From assembly GCF_003918875.1 (NCBI RefSeq), contig NW_025767277.1:1-64000 (forward strand): 64,000 bases of DNA, read 5' to 3'. Positions 11,646 to 25,935 of this stretch are shown in pieces. The translations under genes and the position numbers were made by a program. The notes beneath the pieces are model-generated. The model was given only the letters and a program-made list of their open reading frames with translations, ran no database searches and was not told the DNA's origin. Every line of letters begins with the position of its first letter. Position 1 is the stretch's first letter. Source of the stretch: Haliotis rubra. Lineage: Eukaryota.

Positions 11646-13299
11646 AGCAAAAAAATATATATATGAACATAGTCGCTACACGGTCACATATCTGAGAGCA
11701 GAAAAAAACAACAATCTATAAGACCTCCAGAATCGGTTCCCAAACACCCCAAACGTTTTGATACAGAGGGTATACAGGGTGTCGAGCGTTCAGTCACTGG
11801 TTGTCTGGTACTGGGTATTTTCAGGGGTCCGTGATGAGACTGGAATATGGCAGCTACAGTGATAAACAATAATTACTCCCTGTATTGAGTCCACCAGAAG
11901 CGATGTGTCGATGAAAGCACGCGACCTGGGTGTCTTCTACACGTGACCGGCTGCATCCGGCGGATCTCGTACCTGTATTCTTGAGGTTAAACCTTTTGAT
12001 ACAAAACAGCCCAGTTATTATTATTATTATAGGATATTTATATAGCGCACATATCCACGCACTAGTGCATGCTCAAGGTAGCATTGTAGGTATACTCACT
12101 AGTACCATGATCACATACACCAGTCACTGCTGTACAGACCTGCTAGCTGCCAGGAATCAGATACCATGTGGACTTGTTTGTGTTTGTAGTTGAACACATT
12201 CCATATCAATACATCGACGAATAGTGCGTGCGTGCGTGCGTGCGTGTGTACCTTGACCTCCTTCCATTACATGGTGACCGACCTGTCTGACGACTGGATG
12301 TATCTGTAGGACCGATATGGAGAAGCACTGACGGTGGACACCACTGGATTATGTTCACTGGCGGATCTTGTTTTGGTTAGAGGAGGATTTTACAGACGCT
12401 TTTCTTGTTTTATCAATACACACTCTGCTAAAGGAAAGAGACATAAAGGTAGAAAGAAATCGAAACCGGAGTTTTGTTGATACTCATGGAAGTTGAATTC
12501 CGAATATGAATTTGTCATGTCTGCAAGCATCGGGAGTGATTTGTAGAATAAACTACGGCAAACTATGTCTAAAAAGTGTGTGAAAAGCCTTAACACGTCC
12601 TGACTGACAACGGCCTTTGGTGGAACCACGACATTCAGTGACTACACAATGCCATTTAGAAAGTGGTCAGATGTAACATATGTTACATTTGGGATTACAC
12701 TTTCTTAGTAAAGCACAGATTCTAGAACGTTTGTTGCCATGGCAATGCTTAGATGTTTTTGCAAAGCAAACAACCAGAGTGCCTGCCTGCCTGTCCCTCT
12801 GTCAGTATCTCTATGTGTCTGTGTTTGACGCCCATCACGATGAAAACACAGATTCGATGAGAAGAATAGTGTTGGGACAAAACTTGAAGATAGCAAAATT
12901 TATGGTCAGGCTTTAATCTAACAAAAGAAATGTTATCCGGACATTATGGACGCCTACTATTTCAACAAACTACTGCCATGCTCTATCTGGGCGAGTCAAC
13001 TTGACATGGGAGGAAAACCCGAGGTGCTGCAGTCCCAGACGTGTCCCAATGTGGTGAAAAACAGCGCGGACATGGCGGGGACAAACCTGGAGACGTGGTT
13101 CAAACTACGATCACAGGCTTCTGGCCTCTCAAAGAACGCTACTCTGCACAGTAAAGTGAGGCGCACCAGGCCCATGAGTCATCCGTTCCCCAAAAGACAA
13201 AATATTATTTTGTTGAAGGAATACTGGAAGTTATGTCTATCCCTGCATCCTTCATTTTGAGCGACAGTTCCGTGAATCTGGAGTTAGTGAGTGAGAGGG

Positions 13300-13716
13300 T
13301 GGTGAGTGAGTGAGTTTAGTTTTACGCCGCACCCATCAATGTTGCAGCTTTATGGTGGTGGTCTGTAAATAATCGAGTCTGGAGCAGACAATCCAGTGAT
13401 CAACATCATGATCATCGATCTACGCAATTGGGGACATGTGTCAACCAAGCCAGCGAGCCTGATCTGGTTTGTCGCATCTTACGGGGGCGGTGGGGTAGCC
13501 TAATGGTTAAAGCGTTGGCTCGTCACGCCGAAGACCCGGGTTCGAATCCCCACATGGGCACAATGTTTGAATCCCATTTCTGGTGTCCCCCGCCGTGATG
13601 TTGCTGGAATATTGCTAAAAGCGGCGTAAAACCAAACTCAGTCAGTCAGTCAGTCACTCGCCTCTTACGACAAGCATGGGTTACTGAAGGTTCATTCTAA
13701 CCCGGACTCCACGGGT
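13300..13716 (-). mobile_element. SINE family B copy interrupted by a tRNA-SINE
   Basis: Family B body on both sides of 13483-13657, with duplicated tcgc(a/c)tcttac target sequence. Confidence 0.75.
13483..13657 (+). mobile_element. tRNA-derived SINE (family A)
   Basis: Head GGGGTAGCCTAATGGTTAAAGCG...GTC...GGGTTCGAATCCC (A and B boxes, Asp-like anticodon) and (CAGT/ACTC)n tail. Other copies at ~17880-18027(-), 18541-18705(-), 27155-27327(-), 32665-32827(-), 35353-35517(-), 43520-43630(-), 45480-45768(+) and 45862-46000(+). Confidence 0.9.
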
Positions 13717-13769
13717 CACGAGGTGTTATAGAAAGGTGGATAAGAAATCGACATGCACAGTATTAAACA

Positions 13770-14149
13770 GTGAAAAACTTTGATGTGGGGTCAAATTTGG
13801 TTTAAATATCAAATTTGGTTTAAATATCTAAGCTTATTGTAAGCATGGTTCCTAGGTTTCAGCATGTCATCGCATCTTGTGGATCCCATACCTGATATTG
13901 GCAGGTGTTGTTCATTTGTCAATGACTCGTTCCATGATTTGCAAAATGATTGATTGGTGCCATGAAAACCATTATTATGGTTACTCTTGTATCAAGTACA
14001 TAAAGTTAGAATAAAGTGGCTGTCTGCCTAGACAAAGGTTGCCATGTTATTATTTATCCAGTTTTAAATGGATACAATTTCAAATTATAAATCTACGTTT
14101 AAGTAAAGTTGTGAATTTTTGTGATCCTTATCAAAGTGTGAGTAGTATA
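13770..14149 (+). mobile_element. 5'-truncated copy of the Tc1-type MITE at 19011-19391
   Basis: About 350 bp direct similarity ending in the same TIR gatcctta(t/g)caaagtgtgagtagtata. Confidence 0.75.
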
Positions 14150-15067
14150 AATAAACAACCACACAAGATCAAGTATTAAAGACTACAATTTACTGTAACA
14201 CACAGGTTTATGTCTATATTCGTATAAAGCTATAAAGTGGGTGTGGCAGCAGTAATGAGAAACATGCCCTACAAAATGTCTCTGTGCAATCTCGAATGTC
14301 AAGCATTACACTGCCGTATGATTTGAAACAGAAAGATGTGAGTTCTTGAATCCAGAATAGTGTTGGAAGCCGGCAGGAATTCTGTGTTCTCCGGGTACGT
14401 TGTCACTTGGTAAGAAAGGAAGATGAATGTTACATCGAAACGAACGTGAATCGGTGCAGCCAGTCTTCTGGAAACAGTCCCATCCCGAAACCTCGAGAAC
14501 GATCAATTCTGTCATGTTTGCTAACAACCAAGCGAGGTAACTACTCCTGTTAAAATCACGCCACTACCTTTCAGATTTCACAGCCTTTCATGTAATGATC
14601 CTGAGAAACTGTACACATATTCCAATGAAATTTCACACTGAAATCCACGCTTCCTTCTACATGTTGATTTGTAACACTACATATCAAATTCAAAATGCAT
14701 ATTACTGTGAAACGGATACAGAAAACATATTCCAAACTGTGAAACGGATATACAAATAACCACAGTGTCATGTTTTTGGAAATGGTATGTATCCTGCAAG
14801 AACGCAATTGTGTGGAAGGAATTTCGCGATAGCCCTGGTCTCGTTTCACACTGAATACAGAATCTTCTTAATTCATCAAACGTAAGTGTCTATGTTGGTA
14901 TAATGTTTTTGAACGTTCAAGCACTTTCACGATGCCACTGTTTGCTGCAATGGTATGTTGGTAGAAAACACAGTTTAAACATACAACCAGAAAACTACAA
15001 TTATCAACAACATGGAGAGCACAGCAGAATCTCAAATACTTTTGCGATGGTGGAAGTCGATGGAGGA

Positions 15068-16124
15068 TCAACACTTAACATCTCTTGTTGTGTAAATGTC
15101 ATCTGAAACAGATTTTCTCGCTCCTCTGTTCACGAGTAAGTGGTACACGTCTTCATGATTGAAACACGTAGCTAACATGGCTCGGGTCATCCCGTTCTGT
15201 CCCACACTTTTAATGTCCGCAATGTAATGTGAAAGGACATGCTTGACCATCTCTAACAGTCCCCCCGATACAGGCCAAATGGAGGATGTTGTTACCATGG
15301 TGATCCAATAGCCCCACAGTACCGCCTTCACTCACAAGAAGGTCAAGGACATCTCTGTGTCCCCTCATTGCCGCCAACATCAGGGGCGTCCTCCCGTGCT
15401 CTCCCCTGCTGTTCACGTCCACTATGTTCTTAGAGACAACGAAATTGACAATCTTCACGTTTCTTCCAAAACTGGCAAGGTGAAGTATATTGTTACCGTC
15501 GTCATCCACTAGTGCCATAACGGCTCCTTTGTTGACAAGCAAATCAAACACCTCGTGATGTCCCTTCGTTGCAGCCAACATCAGCGGCGTCCGTCCACTC
15601 TGTTCTCTACTGTTGACGTCGATGATGTCGTGTGAGAGGATATCCTTCACTATCGTCATATGCTGCCCAATACAAGCCAGATGAAGGATGTTGTTGCCGT
15701 CACCATCCACTAGTGACACATCGCATCCTTTACTCAGAAGGAGATCAAAGACCTCTTTATGCCCATTCTTTGCTGCAAGCATCAATGGTGTTCTCCCGCA
15801 ATGTCCTCTACTGTTGATGCTCACGAAGTCATTCTTAATGACATGCTTCACTATCTTCACATGCCCACCCATACAGGCCACGTGAAGGATGTTGTTACCG
15901 TCGTCATCTGGCAGTGACACGTCACATCCTTTACTGATCAGTAGGTCCAGCACGTCTCTGTGGCCCTTGTAGGCTGCCTTCAGTACAGGTGTTCTCCCGC
16001 GGTGCCTGCTGTTGATGTCAACTCGACCCTCAAACAGGAGTTGTCTCACCTTGTCGAATTTTCCCAGCCTGCAGGCATCATGGAGGGCAGTATCATCACG
16101 TGATGCATCTCGAGGAGAAGCCAT
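15068..16124 (-). CDS. Ankyrin-repeat protein (about 9-10 repeats, single coding exon, one frameshift in a G6 run near 15262-15267)
   Basis: Alternating GRTPLMLAA..GH..VFDLL and GNNILHLAC..G repeats. ATG at 16124 follows a tattacag acceptor. The repeat register continues in ORF 15068-15331 (LEMVKHVLSH...VNRGA). Confidence 0.9.
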
Positions 16125-16899
16125 TTTTGCTGTAATAGAATATGTTATTTTATTATCCGAAACTGATGTCTGAGCAAGATCAAGTGATGTCTCCTTCGAG
16201 AAATCGCTACAACAAAACGCATCACAATGCATTGCAGATCATTATGACGATAGCATCGCTATCAACAGTGAGTGACGCTTATCGGCATCATGTGTTATCA
16301 GATCAATATCACGACTGGTGACCACGTACTGGGAATCGAACTATTGTCTGCGGTGTGATCACAGAAATCTTATATAAGATTTTAATAATTCTCCAGTGTT
16401 GGTTCAGATGCCTCGTTATTTGAACCGGCGTTCATTCTAAAATCTACAATGGTTCAAATGTGAAATTTCTTATACACAACCAGTAAGGACCAGGAGGTTT
16501 TCTTGAGTTTTGAATTGTCCAGGCAGGTTTATGGATAGTTCTGGAAATGACGGTCAGGTTCATATGTAAAAATAACTCTTAGTAATTTACTTTGATTGGT
16601 TATTTCCAATCAGACTCGCTCACAATATCCTTTTCCCGTTTGTAAAAAAACATCAGACAAGCGCTGAACTGAGGACTTTTGCTTTTCAGGATATTTTTCA
16701 AATTTGTGAATTTGCATTTAAAGACAAAATTTGGCGTTCTTTCACATGTAGTTAATTTTAATTAATTAATTTGTCTTTCTCACCGACATAGACAACCACT
16801 TACATGAATGTCTATGTTATACTGAACAGTACAGTGTTGTCTTAGGTGGAGGGAACGTGTCAATATATTGTATTACCATAGCAATGCCTTTATGATGTC

Positions 16900-17065
16900 G
16901 TTACGATGGTGCTGGTGCCATTCTGTTTGATCGACCGAAGCTCTGCCTGCATGAGATGACCTACACTATTGCAGGCAACACTCCAACACATCAAACTGCT
17001 ATCACCATGCTAGACACTATCACCACCAAGACTGGGAGGATGATACCTCTTCTAGCCGCCTGACC
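16900..17065 (-). mobile_element. Highly degraded Tc1 transposase fragment
   Basis: rc reads DSV*HGDSSLMCW, resembling the Tc1 V.HGGGSVMVW motif. Confidence 0.3.
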
Positions 17066-19010
17066 CACGTTATGTCTTTTACAACTAAGTAATGCAAAAA
17101 ACAAGTGAAATACATACCAACTCAACCAGGATCCCCAAAACCTTCCACGGCCGGACTCCAAGACTTGGACTTAATGTTTCAGTCGCCAAACAGTTATACG
17201 TTCCTTTAGATCATGTAGTTCTGACATTCATCTGCAACCATTCGGTGCAGAATGTATTCAGAAAAGAACGGTCGAATGAGCGTGTGTGTCTAAGGTCACC
17301 CACTACCAATGTATGAACAGACGTATATTTGTTTACTGTAAACGGACTCAGGTTCACGCATTCAATAAGTGCACACACTGTCAAGAACAAACGCAGGATA
17401 TAAACACGTACTTTTAAAGCACATGGCTCTTTAATGGTTCTGTCCAAAACTTGGCGAGTTAATTAACTCATATATAATACTTGAATGTCAGCAACAAGAG
17501 ACAACAAACCGGGAGACATGATCAATTGAATTGCGAACTGTAGAGGCAGTGGAGTGGAAGTGTGTCTAATCCCTTGGGATGACTTCACCTGTAGGCTGTA
17601 TTGTGACATTCCCAATGGTGGTTGCCATGGACACGACAAACACAATCCGTTAGCAAAACCCTCAGGGCCCGCTTCAAGACTTACAGCTCATGACGTAGCC
17701 TACCGTCTTTTCATTATTCCAATGAATATTGACCATCTTAGCAAGAACATGTTTGTGCACTCAATAAAAAATGAAAATAATCTAATCCTTGTGTAGCGTG
17801 TCCATAAATAAAATGCGTTTAAACTCGGGCTGTTTAATGTATGTGAAAACCTTTTCCCTTATTTCATCATATCATTATGAGTGGGTGAGTGAATATGGTT
17901 TTAAGCCGCTTTTACTCCAGCAATATCACGACGGGGGGACACCACAAATGTTCTCCATATAGAGTACCTGTGTGCGGAATGGAACCCGGGCTTTCGGTGT
18001 GACGAGCAAACGCTTCAACCACCGCCCATACATAATTACGAATCTCGTCCTTAGTATGTAATATGTTTTGGTTTGGTTGTTGTTTTACGCCGCACTCAGC
18101 AATATTCCAGCAATATAGCGGCGGTCTGTAAATAATCGAGTGTGGACCAGACAATCCAGAGATGAACAGCCTGAACATCGATCTACACAACTGGGTTGTG
18201 TCAACCAAGTAAGCGATCCTGATCACTCGATCCCGTCAGTCGCCTCTTACGACAAGCATGGGTTACTGAAGGTCAATTCTAACCCGGATCTTCACGGGTA
18301 ATGTAATACATAGAACGATAAGGACAACATACATAGAGAAAACGCATGACACATTTTCAAAAATAAACTTTTTTTTATTCTTTATCACGACGTTTCAAGC
18401 AAGCTGACCAACCGATCCCGTTCACCTCATGAAGGAGAATTTTTTTTCTGATAAGGAATAAGAAATTGTTATCTACAAAAACGTGTCATGTATTCATGAT
18501 TGTCAAACTTCTAAGTGCTTTTCAAAAACGTCATGTCCAGTGAGTGAGTGAGTTTAGTTTTACGCGGCTTTTAGCAATATGCCAGCAACATCACGGCGGT
18601 GGAACACCACAAATGGGCTTCACACATTGTACCCATGTGGGTAATCAACCGGTGTCTTCAGCGTGACGAGCGAACGCTTTAACCACTGGGCTACCCCACC
18701 GACCCCGTCATGTCGAGGGTATATAACACTGGCAAAGCGTTGCTGTACAGCTTATGTTGCACATGCTCTGTCACAACCTATATATAACCGTTTACACAGC
18801 TAGCTGTAGAACACTCAACAATGTGCTCCCATTATGCTGTCAGTGGTGCATTGATAAATCGATAGCGTTCATTGAGTCACGTATGCATATATCCGCGCCT
18901 TCTTGGTAACGTTAACGTCTCTCACCTAAGTTGAGCTAGTCTGACAAGCGGTAATATAAGCTGAGTGATGAGTAAGATTAAACACAGGGGTTCTGAGTAA
19001 TTTGAATAAA

Positions 19011-19391
19011 TATACTATTCATACTTTGCTAAGGATCAAATCATGGATTCAACAGAAAACTATGATGTGGGTCAAATTGGATTTAAATATCTACGCTTAT
19101 TGTTAGTATGTATCCTAGGTTTCAGTTCAGATCCCATGCCTGCTATTGCCAGGTGTACTTGTCAGTGACTCGTTCCATGATTTGCAAAATGGTTGATTGG
19201 TGCCATGAAAACCATTTTTATGGCTACTCATGCATCAAGTGCATAAGGTTAGATTCAGTGGCTGTTTGCCTGAAGAGGGTTTACCATATTATTGTTTATC
19301 CAGTTTTAAATGGATACAATTTCAAATTATGAATCTACGTTTAAGTAAAGTTGTGAATTTTTGTGATCCTTAGCAAAGTGTGAGTAGTATA
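19011..19391. mobile_element. Tc1/mariner-type MITE
   Basis: TIR tatactattcatactttgctaaggatca / tgatccttagcaaagtgtgagtagtata, TA ends. Confidence 0.8.
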
Positions 19392-19953
19392 CATGCTATT
19401 CTCAGTCGTGACTTACTTTCCATTATAAAACAAGCATGTGTTCAACATACACCGGTTGGCATTGGCAACGTTGTGTGTTGTCTCTATACCTGGCTGTTGG
19501 TACTGCGTTTGTTTGGGATACGTGACTGCTACTTAATCGGACCGTGACAATGTCACGTTACACGTCACCTTCCAGTACGATCATGAAGTAAACACCTTGT
19601 ATAATGAACGGGAGTCTTACTAGAGAGTTATGTGACGGGTGACAGGGACGAACTACTACACAAACCCACTTGGTTGTTGACTAGTCATTACCACACGCAT
19701 GTTGCTGTTTGTGCCAAAAGCTTGCATGACATCCCGAATCGTTACCATATGTAGCTGGCACTTCTACTTAAGGCATCATGACATGACATTCGCTGGAGTC
19801 TATACACATGAATAATGCACTGGACCGAATTCGTTCAACACAGATCACAACAATGAGTTAAAGAGACGAAACTTTATTGCAAGTGTAACAAGTGTAAACG
19901 GTAAACATCAAGACAACTGACTTAGTGAGTGAGTTTGGTTTTACGCCGCTTTT

Positions 19954-22536
19954 GATTTAAATAATATTTATTCATTATTAAATGAACGGATTGGTAAACA
20001 GGCTATAAGCCTATAAAAATACCTCTCCGAATACAATGCGATGGGAAACATTTTATATACATTCATCATTACAGACAAGAGAACACACCATTTGAGGAGT
20101 AACACACTTAATGAAAAAGACAGTAGTATAATTAATCAATTAGGTAAAAAATCGTTTTGTTAAGGTAAAATAGTCATGTACAGATTTTACAATATTTTCA
20201 TTGATTTCGTCAGAATATGAGTAACTTCCACAGAGTACAGATTGAATATTAAAACCATTTATGTAATAGAAACACTTCGATCGAATTGTATTAAAATTTG
20301 GACAGATTAATAGAAAATGAATGGCATCTTCATAATGATGGCCACAAGTGCAAGTAGTCGTATTTTGAAGAAAACGGTCAAATTTATGTGCGTTTAAGTC
20401 ACTACAGCCGAGTCTTAACTTACAATGAATTATTTGATTAAATCTATTACCAGTGTTTCTGAAGACATGATGTACGTTGGATGAGACAGTTCGATCAAAG
20501 TGTTTCTTGAACATGGCAACGGAATCTATGTTTCTTATATCATTATCTAACTTGTTCCACTCCATCACAGAGGAGGGTAAAAAAGATTTTTTATATGTTT
20601 CCGTACGACATAATGGTACTTGAAGCATATTACTAGATCTAGATCCATATGTGGATACAAAGGATATGTTTATTGGAATTAGATCTGATAAATACTTTGG
20701 AGTTTTATTATGGAACATTTTATGAAATACATACATTTGGTGATTTTTACGACGTTCCCTTAATGATGAAAAAACAGTTTCATGGTAGATTTTGGAATGG
20801 CTAACTCCTCTAACTGATCCACATATGGTTCTTAAAGCATCTAAGTGAAGTTTTTCTAACAATAACTCTTATGTTTGTGTACAGTTATTCCAAATATAAT
20901 CCCAAAAGTCAAAAAGTGGTAAAACAAATGAACTATACAGGGTTTGGAGGGTTTTCCTCTGAAGGCGGTATTTCAGACTTCTTAAACAATTGATCACAGG
21001 ACTGACTTTAGAAATAATATCATCTATATGTATATTCCAGTGGCCATCACTTTGTAAAGTCAGCACCAGATGTTTATGAGTGTCAACAGACTTTATCGGT
21101 ATATCATTCATTATAAGATCTGGCATTGATGTTACTGTTTTCTTTCTAGAAAAAATGATAGATTCAGTTTTATTGGGATTAAAGTTTACTTTCCATGTCT
21201 GGGCCCATTTAGCTATTATTTCTAAATCATCGTTTAACATATTGGAAGATACCATAGGGTAATCAATTATCACAGATAAGGATGTATCATCGGCAAATAA
21301 TTTAATATTACTCTGTATATCATCAACAATATCATTGATATAAACCAAAAAGAGTGAAGGTCCTAGGACTGATCCCTGAGGCACGCCAGCTTCAATTGAT
21401 TTAACATTTGACTTATACCCATTTATTACTGTAAACTGTTTTCTATTACTTAGATAACTTTCAAACCATAATAAAAGAGATCCGCGAATTCCACTAGCCC
21501 ATAACTTATGCAAAAGACCCTTGTGCCAAACCCTATCAAACGCTTTACTTATATCGCAGAATACAGCGCGTACCTCCTTGCCACTATCCATCGCCTTAGC
21601 TATGTAGTCATACAAATGAGTGAGCTGGTATGATGTAGAATCACCAGTCGTGAAACCTGACTGTAATGAAGTAATAGTTCCATTATCTAGAAAAAAAATT
21701 GACACATATTTAAAAACACACTTCTCAAATACTTTTGAAACACAACTAGTAAGTGAAACCGGTCGATAATTAGTATAATCATGAACATTATTTTTCTTAT
21801 AAATTGGAACAACGGATGAACATTTCCATATATCTGGAAATTGAGAAGAGGACAAAGAAATATCAAACAATTTTCCACGTTAATATCAGATTATACATTA
21901 ACATCATCAGAAGAACTGTTAACCGCTGCCATACTCACAAAGTAGTCATTAAAAATATTTGCTTTCTCAATATCATCTTCATAAACAACACCATTGTGTT
22001 CAATGTGTGGAAATATCTTAGCTTTATCTGTTTTCTTAAGATAATGTTTAACAATCCGCCACCAAGATTTACTACCATGTTCTGTATTGACAACATTATC
22101 AAGCTTTTCAACATACAATGACTTACTTTTACGTATCTCTGAGATAAGCTTATTTCGACTTTTTCTAAATTTATCCCAATCATTAGGCAAGTTACTACGT
22201 GTAGTCTTTCTATGAATTCTATTTTTCTTACGCATAAGTTTTCTTATAAATCCGTTCATCCACGGAGCATAATTTGGACGAATCACAACAGTTTTATTTG
22301 GAATATTTGATTTACATAAGTCTGTTAATGTATTAACAAATTTTGAAGCAATGGCATCAACATCATCATTTTGTGTAAGAAAATCCCAATTAACATCAGC
22401 CACATTTTGCCGAAAGGAATTCATATCAATATTATCGTAATTATAAATAAATCTTGAATAGGCTTCTTTCATCTGTTTAATAGATTTCAGCGACACGCTA
22501 ACTGAACAATGGTCACTGCAGAATGGGGGAGTAACA
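19954..22536 (-). mobile_element. CR1/L2-group LINE, 5'-truncated ORF2 (reverse transcriptase)
   Basis: RT motifs YRPVSLTS, FCDISKAFDRVWH, GVPQGSVLGP and LFADDT. C-terminal CTCGHHYEDAIHFLLICP. Split into three ORFs by stops and deletions. Confidence 0.95.
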
Positions 22537-22848
22537 GCTGCCCGTTAGGCGCAAGAAGGTTCATATATATATAGAAACATGACTTATCCCCGTAGCCATA
22601 CAGCAGTGTTTCATTTATCAAGTTGGAGTAACAGGTACAAATATACGAGAAATGGAAATAAGCAGCACGTTAACATCAACAGGAAATGGATAACAGGTAG
22701 CTCACAGAGAGCACAATTGTGCCACCTTCAAGATATGCAGTTTGATTGTGTCACTACCCACGCCACTGTTGCCAGAAACTATAGATGCCTCATCTAAGCT
22801 TGTCTGCCCCAAATTTTGTTTCATCTGGCAGTGGTTCTATAAACCTTA

Positions 22849-23298
22849 TCACTCATCTCCTTCCGACTTCCATATCTTTCGAAAACTCCTAAGATTTCGC
22901 ATACTACCTATGCCACTGTCCGCAGAAGCTAAAGATTCAGTTCTGACCAGCTTACTGTTCTTGGCAGCAGAAGCTGGAGCTTCAGACACCTGGTACTTTG
23001 ACTTTTTGCCCATTTTATTTTTTTTCAGACGTCGCCGACTGCTTGGGTAAATACCATCGTCAGAAGGCACAGATAGCCGTTTGATAACTGTTCTTTTAGG
23101 AGTTCTCATGTATGGACTTTCCGCACTGCCATCAGCAGGTACAGCTGACGGCACATCGCTGTTAGAAACGCTTGTCTTGTTCAAATGGTTGTTTGTGTCA
23201 GGACCCAGGACACCGTCAGCAGCAGCTACTGATGCCCCAGCCAATGGCGTCGTTTCTGTCTGCGTCTTGAAATAGATACGAAGAGCAAGTTGTTTCAT
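22849..23298 (-). other. Unassigned Ser/Ala/Lys-rich open frame, possible exon or gene relic
   Basis: 149-codon non-repetitive ORF with protein-like composition but no recognised domain. Confidence 0.2.
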
Positions 23299-25014
23299 GG
23301 ATTTGGTTGGTTGGATGTTTAACAGAAATATTCTAGCTATTTGGCGGCGGTCTGTAAATAATGGAGTCTGGACAAGACAATCCAGCGATCAACAACATGA
23401 GCACCGAGCTACACAACTGGGATTCAATGACATGTGTCAATTAAGTCATTGAGTGTGACCACCCGATCCCGTTAGTCGACTCGACAAGTATGGGTTGTTG
23501 AGGACCAATTCTAGCCCGGACCTTCACTAGTTCACTTCCCGGAACATGGAATGTCCCACAACATGCTATGAATACGATGCTAGTTGCACTAAAGCTAATG
23601 CTTGCATGATATGGGCATATGGTATGCTTGTCTATACATATGGCGGCGGTCTGTAAATAATCGAATTCGGACCATGCAATCCGGTGACTGACATTATGAG
23701 CATCGATATACGCGCATCAACCAAGTCAGAGAGCCTGATCACCCGATCCCGCTTCTCACGACAAGCATTTGTTGCTTAAGACCAATTACAACCCGAATCT
23801 TCACGGGTATGTTAGGTATACCAATAAGGACGATATCTACCTGTCGGGAATGCAAACTTCTTTCATTGAGTCGCCTCGCATCTGTATAAACCAAGTGAAC
23901 ATTATGTAAAGTGTGTACTGCATACGCTTGACAAATTGTTTGTTTTATGAATGTAACATTCCACAAGTTGGTGAGTCCAAAATGAAGAATACGACTTTAT
24001 GGATAACAACTTCTTGAGTATTACATAGAGCGACGTGTAGATGTAGATGATAAAAGAGTTGTTATTCATATAGTAGTATGCATCATTATAAGCATTCAAA
24101 TAGGAAATTGATCCCAATCCCAATCCAAGAATAATATGTAACAACCCCAGAATTGATCATATCCACGACTTGATTCGATTGATTTGATTGCATTTGAAAG
24201 AAAATGACTCTGTATAATCCGACATCTGAATTTTCTGACAATCTGTGAATTTCGACATATTTTTGGGTCCCGGCAGCATTCTTCTATGTTAGTAGCATCA
24301 TTTAAACATTGAATATTCCGACATCTGTACATTAAAATTCCGACATAATTTTCTTGAATGGGCTGAGAAAAGGGTTCAATTAATTTTGTGAGATCAATTA
24401 CCAATGAGTCAGTGGTGTCAACTTGAATTGTCACTGTCAGCAATAAATAGCTTGCTACACTGTAGACCATTACCGATGCAAAATGGAAACTCCACCACTA
24501 AAGAGACAAAGAAGAGATCTGATTCAACTCGATCTGTTTGATTGGCATTTTAGAAGTTGATTGATAACAAGCCGGCATCGAAACCCATTTCACCAGCTCC
24601 ATCCCAATGAAAACTCTACTCCAAGCCAATTGCAGGAACACCTCCAAACAACAAACACCCAAAGAAGTTGTTTACAAGATCAGCTGTGACTGTGGTTAGG
24701 CCTATGTTGGTGAAACCTCCCGCCCCATAAACCTCAGAATTAAAGAACACCTAGCATCAACCAAGAAGTCAGACCGTAAATCAGCTATCTCTGAACACAT
24801 AATCAACTGTCATAATCACAACATTGAATGGGACAATGTGGAAATATTATCAAAAAACCTCCAGGACTTCACAAAAAGCAAACTGGCAGAAGCAGTTCAA
24901 ATCCGCCGACACAAGCCCTCAATCAACAGAGACCAAGGGTACCTCTTTCCATCCGCCTACAATGAACTGATAAAAACAACAGAACAGAGCACTCCAGCCA
25001 TCATTGTTAGTAAT

Positions 25015-25935
25015 TCCATCTGCTTCCTCCCATTGTTATTGTATCATTACCTACCCCATCTGCTATGTATATTTTGTTCCGCCTCCTCAACCTTGGCTTC
25101 CTCCCATTGTTATTGTATTATTACCTATCCCATCTGCTATGTATATCTTGTTCCGCCTCCTCAACCTTGGCTTCCTCCCACTGTTATTGTATTATTACCT
25201 ACCCCATCTGCTATGTATATCTTGTTCCGCCTCCTCAACCTTGGCTTCCTCCCATTGTTATTGTATTATTACCTACCCCATCTGCTATGTATATCTTGTT
25301 CCGCCTCCTCAACCTTGGCTTCCTCCCATTGTTATTGTATTATTACCTACCCCATCTGCTATGTATATCTTGTTCCGCCTCCTCAACCTTGGCTTCCTCC
25401 CATTGTTATTGTATTATTACCTATCCCATCTGCTATGTATATCTTGTTCCGCCTCCTCAACCTTGGCTTCCCCTCCCACTGTTATTGTATTATTACCTAC
25501 CCCATCTGCTATGTATATCTTGTTCCGCCTCCTCAACCTTGGCTTCCTCCCATTGTTATTGTATTATTACCTACCCCATCTGCTATGTATATCTTGTTCC
25601 GCCTCCTCAACCTTGGCTTCCTCCCATTGTTATTGTATTATTACCTACCCATCTGCTATGTACACCTTGTTCCACCTCCTCAACCTTGGCTTCCTCTCAT
25701 TGTTATTGTATTATTACCTACCCCATCTGCTATGTATATCTTGTTCCGCCTCCTCAACCTTGGCTTCCTCCCACTGTTATTGTATTATTACCTACCCCAT
25801 CTGCTATGTATATCTTGTTCCGCCTCCTCAACCTTGGCTTCCTCCCATTGTTATTGTATTATTACCTACCCCATCTGCTATGTATATCTTGTTCCGCCTC
25901 CTCAACCTTGGCTTCCTCCCATTGTTGTTGTATTA
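25015..25935. repeat. Minisatellite, 74-bp unit
   Basis: Tandem cccatctgctatgtatatcttgttccgcctcctcaaccttggcttcctcccattgttattgtattattacctac, about 12 copies. Explains three overlapping spurious ORFs. Confidence 0.95.

Noticed and set aside
13483-13560. tRNA-Asp gene
   Set aside because: The head runs into a shared SINE body and tail in many diverged copies and lacks a proper acceptor stem.
13770-19391. LTR pair flanking the ankyrin ORF
   Set aside because: The ~350-bp direct repeats are copies of a TIR-bearing MITE. There are no TG...CA ends, PBS or PPT.
23800-24590. Possible decayed gene (124-aa ORF and neighbours)
   Set aside because: No recognisable motif or splice structure.
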